The notes below the pieces were generated by a model that was not told the origin of the DNA, did no database searches, and worked only from the letters and a program-made list of their open reading frames with translations. A DNA stretch of 64,000 nucleotides from an uncultured cyanobacterium (GTDB lineage: Bacteria > Cyanobacteriota > Cyanobacteriia > Cyanobacteriales > Nostocaceae). The stretch lies in assembly GCA_963706595.1 (NCBI GenBank), contig OY970166.1, positions 5,280,001-5,344,000 on the forward strand, in the 5' to 3' direction. Below are positions 11,195 to 22,500 of the stretch, one piece after another. The translations under genes and the position numbers were made by a program. The first letter of the stretch is position 1. Each line of letters starts with the position of its first letter.

Positions 11195-11444
11195 CAGGGT
11201 AAGAGCATCTCAATTAGGCTTGATATAAGGGCTGAGATGAATCTATTGTAGAGTCAATGAAACAAGAACTGAGAACTCGAATCATATAATCATTGTCCAT
11301 ACCAGTGCGTTTCATTTTTTGACGCATCCTACGTTTGTAAGTGTGTTCACGATTGAGAGCATTGAGAGCAATGCGTCGTAAAAGAGCAAAATTACGGGGA
11401 CTATTCCAAGAGCGAATACGGCAAGCATCCTCAGCAAAAGTACA
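11195..11444 (-). mobile_element. ISAs1-family transposase 3' fragment with terminal inverted repeat
   Basis: Minus-strand translation TFAEDACRIRSWNSPRNFALLRRIALNALN...LYQA*; end CAGGGTAAGAGCATCTC at 11195. Confidence 0.8.
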
Positions 11445-11509
11445 ATTCCCGTGTCCAATGAGAAAGAGAAATGTTCACATCTTATTTAGGATCGCTATAT
11501 TATCCAATT

Positions 11510-11776
11510 TTAAGGACCAGAAAAAACAGCTTGTTCTATATCTTCCCGGCTGAGAGAATACAAAAACGAGCGTTGGATTTCTTGGTTATTTTCTTCAGAT
11601 TTGATATATCTAACTGTAATTTGCTCAGTATCAAGCCACAGTTGAGCTTCCCAATTAGGTCGCTGTACACGCCAACAATGTAGCTCATTTTCATCTTGTT
11701 GACAGCCTTGCTCTTTTAACCACTTTTCAATTTGTGGTAAGGGATGACTATATAAAGGTGTATCGGGAGTAAGCAT
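11510..11776 (-). CDS. DUF3143 family protein
   Basis: TPLYSHPLPQIEKWL...YSLSREDIEQAVFSGP. Confidence 0.85.
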   Translation of the reverse strand: MLTPDTPLYSHPLPQIEKWLKEQGCQQDENELHCWRVQRPNWEAQLWLDTEQITVRYIKSEENNQEIQRSFLYSLSREDIEQAVFSGP

Positions 11777-11802
11777 ATAAAATTACAAAAAACTACTAAA
11801 AA

Positions 11803-12333
11803 TTAAATAATCTTCACTTGTTCAGGGGTGGAGACTTGAGAAATATGGGTAATTTGTGGTTGTGTAACTTGGGTGGGGATGCTGCTTTCACCACGAATCA
11901 CAGCCACAGCGATCGCCACTAATACACAACCTGCCAAAGTTAAGCCTAACACAAATAATACAAAGAGTTCGCCGGCGGATAAAGGGCGATCGCTCGCATC
12001 CAGATACATTGATTTAGAAAAATCGTAGGGTTGACGCACCGGATGGTTTAAATCCGTTGGGGCTTGAATTACCCCAAAGCGAGAATAGCCAATTTTCGCA
12101 TCATAACTTAAACGCCGTTCTGGACTGCTCAGAGTGGCGTAAGCTTCATTAATTTGCTGAAATTTCGTAGTCGCAACCGTAGCAGGTAATTCCGTAGTAT
12201 CTGGGTGATACTGTTTACTCAACTCCCAATAAGCCCGACGGATATCAATCACCGACGCTGAAGGATGCAGTCCTAGCAGTCCGTAATATGTTGTATTCTT
12301 GCTGATTTGTCGCTTTATCCCGTTTTCAGTCAC
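11803..12333 (-). CDS. J-domain (DnaJ-like) protein with C-terminal TM helix
   Basis: YYGLLG...YHPDT, INEAYATLS. Confidence 0.9.
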   Translation of the reverse strand: MTENGIKRQISKNTTYYGLLGLHPSASVIDIRRAYWELSKQYHPDTTELPATVATTKFQQINEAYATLSSPERRLSYDAKIGYSRFGVIQAPTDLNHPVRQPYDFSKSMYLDASDRPLSAGELFVLFVLGLTLAGCVLVAIAVAVIRGESSIPTQVTQPQITHISQVSTPEQVKII

Positions 12334-12474
12334 GGCTTTGATTCACTTTGCTCAAATTCAGTTTTTTATATTTTAATTCTTTTATGAATTGACGCGCCGC
12401 AAAACTTCAAACTTTCAACCCCCAGATGAAGCAGGGGGTTTGAATCTAGTTTATATTTGTGCCATGATCGCCAA

Positions 12475-13233
12475 TTATTTATTTGATAAATCAGCAATTT
12501 GACGGCGCAATTCCTGGCGCTCACGATCAAAAATAAAAGCCTGCTCAACCACAAACCAGTTACCACGATCCACAACTTGGGGATATAGTAACACTGCCGC
12601 CGGTATCTTATTTGTCGAAAATTTTATCTCCTTGATAATCTCAGTAGCTTGGGCTGCTGTGAAGTAATTGTGAGGAACCGCCTGAGCTAAGAAATCAAGT
12701 GGTTTAGACCAATTACTGTCCAAACCATTCATGAGTTGCTTAAAAGCAGCATCACTGATCACGGCTTTACTAGACTGAGGGGGCGTACTAATAGGAGACT
12801 CACCGATGTTAGTGACAATAGAATTGAACACAGAATTAAAGTTAGCCGCAGACACACCTTTTGTTCCAGCAACCATCAATACTGCTTCTGATAACTGAGG
12901 ATTAATCCGGCGACAGAAGACGGTAGCAGTGATATCTCTTCCTTGAGCATTAATCGAGTTTTGTCTGGTATTTTGACGCACTAACCCAGAGCTTTTTATA
13001 GCAGCTTCGGCGCGGTTGAGACAAGTAGATAAATTACCATTCACTTCTACAAACTCATAGAGTAGTTGCGGCGATGCTTGAGCGGGTAGACTCCATCCTA
13101 CTATACCTAAACTCAGCAGCATAGTTCCCAGATACTTGCTCCCAAAGGCGTTGGTGTAAATTGGCATAGTGGATACTCTTAAACCAAATTTCCCCAAATC
13201 CCCTGGCTTCGGGACTGATTTTTCTGTTTTCAT
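12475..13233 (-). CDS. Exported hypothetical protein (C-terminal DUF4476-like region); true start probably downstream of 13233
   Basis: Signal-like segment, two Cys, C-terminal YFTAAQA...LYPQVVD. Confidence 0.6.
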   Translation of the reverse strand: MKTEKSVPKPGDLGKFGLRVSTMPIYTNAFGSKYLGTMLLSLGIVGWSLPAQASPQLLYEFVEVNGNLSTCLNRAEAAIKSSGLVRQNTRQNSINAQGRDITATVFCRRINPQLSEAVLMVAGTKGVSAANFNSVFNSIVTNIGESPISTPPQSSKAVISDAAFKQLMNGLDSNWSKPLDFLAQAVPHNYFTAAQATEIIKEIKFSTNKIPAAVLLYPQVVDRGNWFVVEQAFIFDRERQELRRQIADLSNK

Positions 13234-13293
13234 TTTATAGTGCAGAATGTAGGTAACTTATATTACCCAATTTTCTCAAATAACAACATCCTT

Positions 13294-14079
13294 ATGTTAT
13301 TTTTATCTCGTCAAGCTGTAATCACGCCTTTGGTAGCCTGTTTGTGTTTGTTGGGAGTTAGCTTAATTCAGTTTCCTCAACTACAAACTTTGTTAACCAG
13401 CAAAGAAGATATCTCTTTAGATGTTCTCGAAAGAGACATTAAAACCGAAAGCTTGCGGCTGAATTTGCTGAAAAAAATGCCCAGTTTTGGTTATGGTAAT
13501 TTAATGGCTAATTGGGTTTATCTGGGTTATTTACAATATTTTGGTGATGAAGAAACTCGTGCTAAAACAGGTTATCGCCTCAGTCCAGAATATTTTGAAA
13601 TTGTTTTAGAACAAGACCCACGCTTTTTAGCAGCTTATTTGAGCCTTTCTACCAGTGCTTCTATATACGCTGGGATGCCAGAACGCTCTATAGAAATTAT
13701 GGAGAGGGGTTTACAGTCTTTGTCTCCCTGGGTTCCTCAAAGGTCTTATTATGTGTGGCGTTATAAGGGCATTGATGAGTTATTATTTTTAGGAGACACG
13801 AAATCTGCTCAGGAATCTTTTGCGACTGCGGCAGAATGGGCTAGTAATTTTTCAGATGATGAAAGTCAATCAATTGCTGCGAGTTCTCGGCAAACTTCTA
13901 TATTTTTAAGTCAAAATCCTGATAGTAAAAACGCGCAGATATCCGCCTGGGTTATGGTGTTAAATAATCAAATTGATGACAAGACTCGTGCCAGAGCAAT
14001 TAGCGAAATTGAGGCTTTGGGCGCACAGGTGACTATTACCCCGGAAGGAAATAGAATTTCATTTCCTGAACAAGAATAA
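13294..14079 (+). CDS. Conserved cyanobacterial hypothetical protein
   Basis: N-terminal TM, PSFGYGNLMANW, LQYFGD, DELLFLGD. Confidence 0.75.
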   Translation: MLFLSRQAVITPLVACLCLLGVSLIQFPQLQTLLTSKEDISLDVLERDIKTESLRLNLLKKMPSFGYGNLMANWVYLGYLQYFGDEETRAKTGYRLSPEYFEIVLEQDPRFLAAYLSLSTSASIYAGMPERSIEIMERGLQSLSPWVPQRSYYVWRYKGIDELLFLGDTKSAQESFATAAEWASNFSDDESQSIAASSRQTSIFLSQNPDSKNAQISAWVMVLNNQIDDKTRARAISEIEALGAQVTITPEGNRISFPEQE

Positions 14080-14118
14080 ACCCCACCCCCAGCCCCTCCC
14101 CGCAAGCGAGAAGGAGAG
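14080..14118. repeat. Dispersed GC-rich hairpin repeat (related copies at ~23810-23848 inverted, ~59324-59364, ~25577-25614, ~35447)
   Basis: CCCCACCCCCAGCCCCTCCCCGCAAGCGAG.AGG.G motif recurs at gene ends. Confidence 0.7.
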
Positions 14119-14148
14119 TTTAAGAGTTGTATATAGTAGGTTAGTGTT

Positions 14149-14922
14149 ATTTATTGGTATAAAGGCAAATTTATAGAATCCCAAACTCTGGAGTTAGATA
14201 TTAATGATCCGGGGTTACTTTTTGGGGCTACGGTATTTACAACGGTGCGGGTTTATGGTAATAGCCTCGATAGTAGTTTAACTAATTGGGTGGGACATTG
14301 CGATCGCCTACTTTTCTCTTTACAATCTTTTGGTTGGCGAGAACCAAATTGGCATCTGGTGCGTCAAGGTGCGGAAATTCTGGCGGAACATTTCCCGATT
14401 CTGAGAATTACTCTGTTTGCTGATGGCCGAGAATGGATAACTGGAAGGTTATTACCACCGGATTTAATCGAAAGACAACAACACGGCATTACCACAAATC
14501 TGGCATTATCGAACTTTTATCGCAGTCTGCCTTCTCATAAAACTGGCAACTATCTGAGTGCTTGGTTGGCGAAGACTCACGCCCAACAGTTAAATTCTCA
14601 GGAAGCCATTTTAATCGATGCCACAGGCAATTGGCTAGAAACTACCACAGGAAACCTTTGGGGATGGCAGAATGGTAGTTGGTGGACTCCACCATTAACA
14701 GAGGGCATTTTACCGGGAATCGTGCGATCGCAATTAATCAAGAATCTGTCCACAGTCTTGGAGTCACCTTGGAATGCCGAGTTAGTGCGGGGATTTGAAG
14801 CGATCGCCTACACTAATAGTGTGGTAGAAATTATTCCCATTCACACCGTTGTGCAGCCCACAGGGTCGCTACAATATAATCCCTACCATTCTAGTTTTCT
14901 ACAAATCAGGGAGCTTTTTTAA
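14149..14922 (+). CDS. Aminotransferase class IV / 4-amino-4-deoxychorismate lyase
   Basis: Frame extends upstream of 14245: IYWYKGKFIESQTLELDINDPGLLFGATVFTTVRVY; HKTGNY, ETTTGNL, GILPGIVR motifs. Confidence 0.85.
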   Translation: MYWYKGKFIESQTLELDINDPGLLFGATVFTTVRVYGNSLDSSLTNWVGHCDRLLFSLQSFGWREPNWHLVRQGAEILAEHFPILRITLFADGREWITGRLLPPDLIERQQHGITTNLALSNFYRSLPSHKTGNYLSAWLAKTHAQQLNSQEAILIDATGNWLETTTGNLWGWQNGSWWTPPLTEGILPGIVRSQLIKNLSTVLESPWNAELVRGFEAIAYTNSVVEIIPIHTVVQPTGSLQYNPYHSSFLQIRELF

Positions 14923-15039
14923 CATGACAGCCGCACCGTTATGTTATACCTTAAGATAAGTTAACATAATTCTTAATAATGCCCTCTCATATCAGAGAAG
15001 CTACGCTAACTCACAAAAAATACAGGAGGATAGACCTCA

Positions 15040-16878
15040 GTGAATAAAAGATGGAGAAATGCGGGGCTGTATGCGCTGCTATTTATAGTTGTCATTGCTC
15101 TAGGAACAGCATTCTTTGACAAACAACCTCAAACTAGAGAAACATGGCGATACAGTCAATTTATTCAAGAAGTTGACAAAGGCAGTGTAGATAGAGTCAG
15201 TCTGAGTGCAGACCGCTCTACAGCACTTGTTACCTCCAGAGATGGTGACAAAAAGGTAGTAACTTTAGTCAATGACCCTGATTTAATCAATAATTTGACT
15301 GAAAAGGGCGTTGATATCGCTGTTATGCCCCAAACTGACGAAGGATTTTGGTTTAAAGCACTGAGCAGTTTATTTTTCCCTGTATTGCTTCTGGTGGGTT
15401 TATTCTTCTTACTACGTCGCGCTCAAAGTGGTCCTGGAAACCAAGCCATGAACTTTGGTAAATCCAAAGCCAGAGTGCAAATGGAACCACAAACACAGGT
15501 AACATTTGGCGATGTCGCTGGTATTGACCAAGCCAAGCTGGAATTAAACGAAGTAGTAGACTTTCTGAAAAACGCCGACCGCTTTACCGCAGTTGGAGCC
15601 AAAATTCCTAAAGGTGTATTATTAGTTGGACCTCCTGGTACAGGTAAAACCCTCCTCGCTCGTGCTGTAGCTGGTGAAGCTGGTGTACCCTTCTTTTCCA
15701 TCTCTGGTTCTGAATTTGTGGAAATGTTCGTTGGTGTGGGTGCTTCCCGCGTCCGCGATTTGTTTGAACAAGCTAAAACCAACGCTCCTTGTATCGTATT
15801 TATCGATGAAATTGACGCTGTAGGTCGTCAACGGGGTGCAGGTTTAGGCGGTGGTAACGATGAACGGGAGCAAACCCTCAACCAGTTACTCACCGAAATG
15901 GATGGTTTTGAAGGTAATACAGGCATTATTATAATTGCTGCTACCAACCGTCCTGATGTCTTAGATGCAGCCTTATTGCGTCCTGGTCGTTTTGACCGTC
16001 AAGTAGTTGTAGACCGTCCTGACTATGCTGGACGTAGCGAAATTCTCAAAGTTCACGCCCGTGGTAAGACCTTAGCCAAGGATGTAGACTTAGATAAAAT
16101 TGCTCGTCGGACTCCTGGTTTTACCGGCGCAGACTTATCCAACTTGCTCAACGAAGCGGCAATTTTGGCAGCACGGCGCAACTTGACTGAAATTTCCATG
16201 GATGAAATCAATGATGCCATTGATCGCGTCTTAGCTGGACCAGAGAAGAAAGACCGGGTAATGAGCGAGAAGCGCAAAACCCTAGTAGCTTATCACGAAG
16301 CTGGTCACGCTTTAGTTGGTGCTTTGATGCCCGACTATGACCCAGTACAAAAAATCAGCATTATTCCTCGCGGTCGTGCTGGTGGTTTAACTTGGTTTAC
16401 TCCTAGTGAAGACCGGATGGACACAGGCTTGTATAGCCGTTCTTATCTGGAAAATCAAATGGCTGTAGCTTTAGGCGGTCGTTTAGCTGAAGAATTAATC
16501 TTTGGTGATGAAGAAGTTACCACTGGTGCTTCTAATGACTTGCAACAAGTAGCCCGTGTAGCGCGTCAGATGATTACTCGCTTTGGAATGAGCGATCGCT
16601 TGGGACCAGTCGCTCTTGGTCGTCAGCAAGGTAATATGTTCTTAGGCAGAGATATCATGTCAGAGCGTGATTTCTCCGAAGAAACTGCTGCTGCGATTGA
16701 TGAAGAAGTTCGTAAACTGGTGGATGTAGCTTATACACGAGCTAAAGAAGTATTAGTTAACAATCGCCACATTCTTGATTTGATTGCGAAAATGCTGGTG
16801 GAAAAAGAAACAGTAGATTCCGACGAACTGCAAGAAATTTTGACAAATAACGATGTCAAAACTGCTGCTTTCGCTTAA
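15040..16878 (+). CDS. ftsH3: ATP-dependent zinc metalloprotease FtsH (FtsH3 type)
   Basis: [11 protein letters not shown]-terminus, [18 protein letters not shown]. Confidence 0.96.
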   Translation: MNKRWRNAGLYALLFIVVIALGTAFFDKQPQTRETWRYSQFIQEVDKGSVDRVSLSADRSTALVTSRDGDKKVVTLVNDPDLINNLTEKGVDIAVMPQTDEGFWFKALSSLFFPVLLLVGLFFLLRRAQSGPGNQAMNFGKSKARVQMEPQTQVTFGDVAGIDQAKLELNEVVDFLKNADRFTAVGAKIPKGVLLVGPPGTGKTLLARAVAGEAGVPFFSISGSEFVEMFVGVGASRVRDLFEQAKTNAPCIVFIDEIDAVGRQRGAGLGGGNDEREQTLNQLLTEMDGFEGNTGIIIIAATNRPDVLDAALLRPGRFDRQVVVDRPDYAGRSEILKVHARGKTLAKDVDLDKIARRTPGFTGADLSNLLNEAAILAARRNLTEISMDEINDAIDRVLAGPEKKDRVMSEKRKTLVAYHEAGHALVGALMPDYDPVQKISIIPRGRAGGLTWFTPSEDRMDTGLYSRSYLENQMAVALGGRLAEELIFGDEEVTTGASNDLQQVARVARQMITRFGMSDRLGPVALGRQQGNMFLGRDIMSERDFSEETAAAIDEEVRKLVDVAYTRAKEVLVNNRHILDLIAKMLVEKETVDSDELQEILTNNDVKTAAFA

Positions 16879-16901
16879 TTAACTTTGGTTGCAGTTTAAC
16901 T

Positions 16902-16945
16902 AAAATTGGGTAGTTCTGGTTTTTCCAGAGTTACCCAATTTTTTT
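16902..16945 (+). terminator. Intrinsic terminator after ftsH3 (probably bidirectional)
   Basis: AAAATTGGGTAGTTCTGG-loop-CCAGAGTTACCCAATTTTTTT. Confidence 0.75.
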
Positions 16946-16959
16946 ATATCGAGAGGCTT

Positions 16960-16992
16960 AGATCCCCGACTTCTTGAAGAAGTCGGGGATCT
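16960..16992. repeat. Palindromic dispersed repeat
   Basis: AGATCCCCGACTTCTTGAAGAAGTCGGGGATCT perfect inverted repeat. Confidence 0.75.
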
Positions 16993-17022
16993 TTCTTTTC
17001 TTTGGGTTAGTAAATAATGCTG

Positions 17023-19497
17023 CTAATTGAAATTTATATATTCAGAAGTATATTCAGCAGGAAGTAAACGAATAAACTGACTTGGAGATTTTTGGTAGTT
17101 TTTAGAATCTCGGAGAAAAGCCGAAATAAACAAACGTTTTTTTGCCCTTGTCATCGCCACATAAAACAGGCGCTTTTCCTCTTCTAGCTTACCATCCCGG
17201 ACACTGAAATAAGTTGGAAACTCATCTTCAGATAAACCTGCGAGAAAAACCGTATCGAATTCCAAACCTTTTGATTGATGAATCGTGATAATCAGAACTT
17301 GATTATTATCCTGAGAAATTTGGTCTAAATTTTTCGCTAATGCAGTATAATCAATAATACTTCGTAGTGCAGTATCTGGATGTAGTTCTAAATCATCCTG
17401 CTTTTGAAAAATCTTGACTAGCCTTTTGAGATTTTCTAGACGTTGTGGTTCCTGCTGTTGATAATAGTCATATAAACGAGACTCAACTAAAATTTTACCC
17501 AACAAATCTGCTGGGCGCAACCTCTGGCTTGCATCTCTCCACGCTTCAATAGTATTAGCTAAAGTTTCAAATTCTTCTCCATAACGATAGACTAAAGCTT
17601 GACGATAGTCAGCACGTACTTTGACTAAAGGTATGAGAATTGCCAATAATTCAACCGTTGTCAGAGTATCATCCATAGCATGATGATTTGGTACTTGATG
17701 CAGGTTTAATTTATTTGCTAAATTTGACAAACTATAGCTATCTGATTTTATAAACCTTTTAGCTAAATCCCAAGTATCCGCCCATTGAAATTTAGGAGTT
17801 GATAAACCTAACTTTTGAGCATGGGCTATGATCATTTTAATATCAAAACCCAGATTATGCCCAACTAAAAAGGCATCTTGAATAAAATCTAAAAATCTCT
17901 CAAATACATCAATTGCATTCTCGCCATTAGTTGCTAAGAACTCATCACTGTAACCATGTATTTGTTCAGAATCTCCCACAGCAACAGTATTTTGAATATA
18001 AGCATGAAATTCTGCTTTCACCTGTCCCTTAACTAATTTTACCGCCGCAATTTCGATGACTTCATCTTGACTCACTGAAAAACCAGTTGTTTCCACATCA
18101 AAAACAACAATTGTGCCATTATTATAAGCAGATATTAAATTACTAAAAGGGTCGCCATCAATAAAGGTTTGAGTAGATACCATATCAGTGAGTTTAAACC
18201 CACAAGCGTCACCCTCTTGGATAACATTTTCAATGGTGACAGAACCTATACCACGACTGGGACGTATTAATAGCCGCCGCATTGAACCTGTATCAAAAGG
18301 GTTTAAAACTAACCGCAGATAAGCCAGAGCATCCTTAACTTCCTGACGCATAAAAAATTGATGCTGCTCGACTGTAACACAGGGAATATTTAACTGTTCT
18401 AGAACTTTAGTAACAATCTCAATTCGTTTGTGATTTCTAGTTAAAACAGCAACACGATTATAGAGCATATCGGGGTCATTATGAGATAATTTTTTAATCT
18501 GCGCCCCAATCCATTGAGCTTCATCGAGTTCATTTTTAGCTGCATAAATGGGAATTAATTCTCCCACTTCACAAACAGGTGCGGGAGTAATTTTTGTATA
18601 TCTTTGTTCAAAAGAATCAGCAAAACCAGAAGCAGCCTTGAGTAATGTTTGAGTCGCGCGGTAGTTCCAAGTGAGAGAGTATTCTTGAGGTTGAAATTCT
18701 TGTTTAAATTGACTAATAACTTTATCAGGTTCGGAACCTCGCCACTCGTAAATAGTTTGGTCTAAATCACCAATCATGGCGATATTACCAGTAGGAGAAG
18801 CTAAACATCTGACAATTTCATATTCAGATAGATGAGTATCTTGGACTTCATCAACTTGGATAAACTCAAAGCGTTGCTTCCATCTTTGTTGAATTTCCGG
18901 ATAATATTGCAGCATGGAACGCACGTAAAATATTAAGTCTGCAAAATCGACAGCATGACGTTCTTGAAGAATGCTTTGATATTTACTCGCTAATTGTGCT
19001 TGACGTATTCCTAGAGATGCAAACAGTTTTTCTAAGGGATAATGGGGTGATAACTGCAACTGACTAGCTTTAACTTTACAATCAGCTAATTTAGAAAATA
19101 TATCTTGAGCTTCTTTGTCCTTTGTGAAACGGAAAATATCTTTAATCAGTCCTAGACAGTCAGCATCATCATAAACTACAAAATCTGCTGGTAAACCAAT
19201 TTGACGAGCTTCAACTCGCAGCATGGAAGTACATAAACTATGAAAGGTTTTTATAGTGATGTAGCGAAATTCTTGAGGACACATTTCTGCTAACCTTTCT
19301 TGCATTTCTTTAGCTGCTCGGTTAGTGAAAGTCAAACACAGAATTTTTTCAGCAGGAATACCGCTTTGAATAGCTTGAACTACTCTTGATGATAAAACGC
19401 GGGTTTTACCAGTTCCCACGGGAGCAAGAACTAAAATTGCTCCGTTGATGTGGTTGATGATTTTTAATTGGTCTGGATTGGGTCGGGTTTGTGACAT
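17023..19497 (-). CDS. UvrD/Rep SF1 helicase with inserted DEDDh (DnaQ-like) 3'-5' exonuclease
   Basis: APVGTGKT, TFTNRAA, VDEVQD, GDLDQTIYEWRG, TIHQSKGLEF, RLFYVAMTRAK; exonuclease motifs VFDVETTG, GHNLGFD, HHAMDD. Confidence 0.93.
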   Translation of the reverse strand: MSQTRPNPDQLKIINHINGAILVLAPVGTGKTRVLSSRVVQAIQSGIPAEKILCLTFTNRAAKEMQERLAEMCPQEFRYITIKTFHSLCTSMLRVEARQIGLPADFVVYDDADCLGLIKDIFRFTKDKEAQDIFSKLADCKVKASQLQLSPHYPLEKLFASLGIRQAQLASKYQSILQERHAVDFADLIFYVRSMLQYYPEIQQRWKQRFEFIQVDEVQDTHLSEYEIVRCLASPTGNIAMIGDLDQTIYEWRGSEPDKVISQFKQEFQPQEYSLTWNYRATQTLLKAASGFADSFEQRYTKITPAPVCEVGELIPIYAAKNELDEAQWIGAQIKKLSHNDPDMLYNRVAVLTRNHKRIEIVTKVLEQLNIPCVTVEQHQFFMRQEVKDALAYLRLVLNPFDTGSMRRLLIRPSRGIGSVTIENVIQEGDACGFKLTDMVSTQTFIDGDPFSNLISAYNNGTIVVFDVETTGFSVSQDEVIEIAAVKLVKGQVKAEFHAYIQNTVAVGDSEQIHGYSDEFLATNGENAIDVFERFLDFIQDAFLVGHNLGFDIKMIIAHAQKLGLSTPKFQWADTWDLAKRFIKSDSYSLSNLANKLNLHQVPNHHAMDDTLTTVELLAILIPLVKVRADYRQALVYRYGEEFETLANTIEAWRDASQRLRPADLLGKILVESRLYDYYQQQEPQRLENLKRLVKIFQKQDDLELHPDTALRSIIDYTALAKNLDQISQDNNQVLIITIHQSKGLEFDTVFLAGLSEDEFPTYFSVRDGKLEEEKRLFYVAMTRAKKRLFISAFLRDSKNYQKSPSQFIRLLPAEYTSEYINFN

Positions 19498-19508
19498 AGA
19501 AAACTTAT

Positions 19509-22500
19509 TTAAATACCGAGAGATTTATAGGGTTTATCTTCTCGAGAACTTGATTGTTTTAGACTGTAATAAGAACGAACTAATGCAGGTTCATCTTGAT
19601 CAAAAAGTACTGAGACTTTTCCATCTAATGCAAGCTTACATGAATCAGAAATGAGATAATCTGTTGCTTTGCATAAATCTTCTAAATTGGAAAGACTAGC
19701 CAACTTTGCTGGGTCATGTAATCCCAAAATTAATATATAGTTTTTCTTTATCCTAGTAATAATTTGAGGAGAACTAGCTAATATGTCGCAAATTGATTGA
19801 ATAGTTTGGTGATCCTCAAACTGTTTAGCAACAGATCCTAGATATAACCATGTTTCAGTTGCTTTGAGGCGTTCAATATCAGATTTACCTTCTATGGCAG
19901 ATTTGAAAATAAATTCCCAATCTTTTACATCAAGATTTGGCAAAAAACGCATGGCTTCCAGAATAACAGCACGCAGGTAATTACTTGTTTCATTTGTTTT
20001 GTTAATATACTCTTCTTGTAGCTGTTTAATAGCTTCAGTATAACCTTGACGTGCCAGACTAAGAATAACATCTAGTAAGTCTCTTATGACAAATAATTCT
20101 TCGTCGCAAATCAGTTTAACAATTTCTATCCATACGTCATCAAACTCTTGCCATGCGTCATAAAACTCTTTATTAAAACCTAAAATTGATAATTTATTGA
20201 TAGCAAATCTTAAGTGGGTTTCCTCCTTTCTTTGTTTAATTTTAAGTTTACGTTTTTCTTCATTTGTACTGGGTGTGCGACTTTTTCTTTGTGCAATAAC
20301 TTCTCTCAATGAAGCAAGGCTATTATAAAACAACTGAAGAATTTTTTGTTTTAAATCTTTTTTATCTTTTAGCCATAGACATTCTAAATTATCAAAGCTT
20401 CTTGTCCAGTTGGAAATGATATTAAAATTACTGCCATTAGGAAAATGTGGTAATTTTAATTCGTTAATTGTATTCTCGCTCTGCTGGAATAAAATCTGAT
20501 AAATTTTTCTGCTTAGATAAGTATCGCTAACATATATATTAATTGAAAAAAGACACTGCTGATATATTTTTATTAACTGCCACCAAAGAATTTCTTTTTC
20601 ACTATTATGAGCAAATCTAAATTTTGTACGGTAGTTCGAGTTCATTAACCATAATTTATACATTAAAAAGTTAAATTCTTTGCCTAATTTTTCTAACGCA
20701 TCATCGTCAGCAAAAACTTCTAAAAACAAATTTATATTTTTATAAACATCAGTTTTATCATTATTAATTGCAAGTCCAAGCTTTTCTAACTCGTCATACA
20801 ATACAGATTTAACATTCTCAATATATCTGACATCTGCACTAGGTAGAATCATAATTATATCATCAACATAGCGGTAAAAATCTAGTTGAAATTGCTTATT
20901 ATTTCTCAAATTGTTATCTAAAGAGATTAAATATAAATTTGCATAAAATCCTGATGTATTTGTACCTTGATTCAGCCCTATTTCCTCTCGAATTTTGGCG
21001 GAATTATCATAACTTAAATCTCTATAAATAAGTTTCCTTAATAACCACTCAATACGTTTACTACTTTGTCCATCTTTTTCTAGTTTATACTTAACAATAT
21101 CGAGAAGCTTATTTTGCTTTATTTTGGTATAGTAAGCTTGGATGTCAGTTCTCAGAACTACACCATCTTTATTTTTTTGCCTTTTCGCACTTTTAGTCAC
21201 ATCTTCTCTAAACTTTTTCCAGTCTTCCCACCAGTTTTCATATAAATATTCTGTTTCATTCTCATAGGATTTTTTTTGGGGCTTATAGGTATAAAAATCA
21301 AGCTCCATTTTTTGACCAATTACTTGAATAATTGCATTTGCTAAGATTTCTTCCTCTAGCCTCGAAAGTTGTTTAGGACGACTACTGGTACTTCCTTTGG
21401 GAATATTAGCTGATACTGTTTCTTTACGAGCATCTATGAGATAGCAATAATCTATTAAGCACTGCTGCATTTCTCGAAGATGATGTTCTAGATGTCTTTC
21501 AAACAATAAAATTTCTATGTCATCATATAGGAATTCATCCAATACATTTTTTCTGGCTCTAACCCAGGCTAACTCAAGATTTTTAAGATCGATAACTCCC
21601 GCCCAATTTTTATCTTGTTCTACTTCACGATTAGTAATAGTTAAAAAGCTAACTGGAAAGGTTGAAGAATAATGTGATTTATTATTATCAAACCAATAAC
21701 TATCAATAGGATTATTAAATTCAACTTGCTGTAATTGTTTTAAATTATCATTTTTGCACAGTGCATGACTATCATTAATTACTTTTTCAACAGCTTTAAC
21801 TATTTCTGCCATCCCTTCGTTTAATTGATAATAAGAATAATTTTGGCGAATATGCTTATCCATATCTTTTGTGCCTACAGTCAATAGATGTAAATTTTCT
21901 AGTGGTACTTCTTCTAATAGTTGCTTATATGATAAAGCTTCTTCTTGCCAAATTTCTTTCTCATCTGGCATAATTAAATCAACCTCTACACCTAAATCTT
22001 TGAGCTTTTCATATTGTTGTTTTTTAAAAAGTTCTTCTTGATTTAATGATGAAACAATATCAAGTTGGGTAATTAAAAGATTGGATATAACAGGATGCTC
22101 CCAAAATATGCGTTTCTTTTGAAGATAGCGCATTGTAGTAATAATTCCTTTGGGAACACTCTCACAGATAGGCTGAAACTCTAAATGAATGTTGAATGAT
22201 TTAATATTCTCTTTGATTTCCTGCATTAACTTGCTATATAGTGTAAAACCATAAATACTAGGGTCAATACCTAGACAAATAATTTCCAGTGGATTTGAAA
22301 TTTCTTCATCCTTCTTCCACGCTAAAATTCTCTCAATAAAAGCAGCAGAGGCGGCTCCCATAGCACCTATATCTATTAGACAGATACGTGGGTTATATTT
22401 GAGTCTGTTGAGTAGTTTAGTTGATTGAATAGTTTTTTCTAGAATATGGGCAGCTTCAAAATAGTAACGCGGAAAAAGAGCATAGAATTGAAAAGCTGTA

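Noticed and set aside
14080..14118. Dispersed repeat containing TCCCCGCAAG, similar to the CRISPR repeat core (also ~23810 and ~59324)
   Set aside because: Lacks the rest of the repeat and any spacer periodicity; it is a common intergenic hairpin family.
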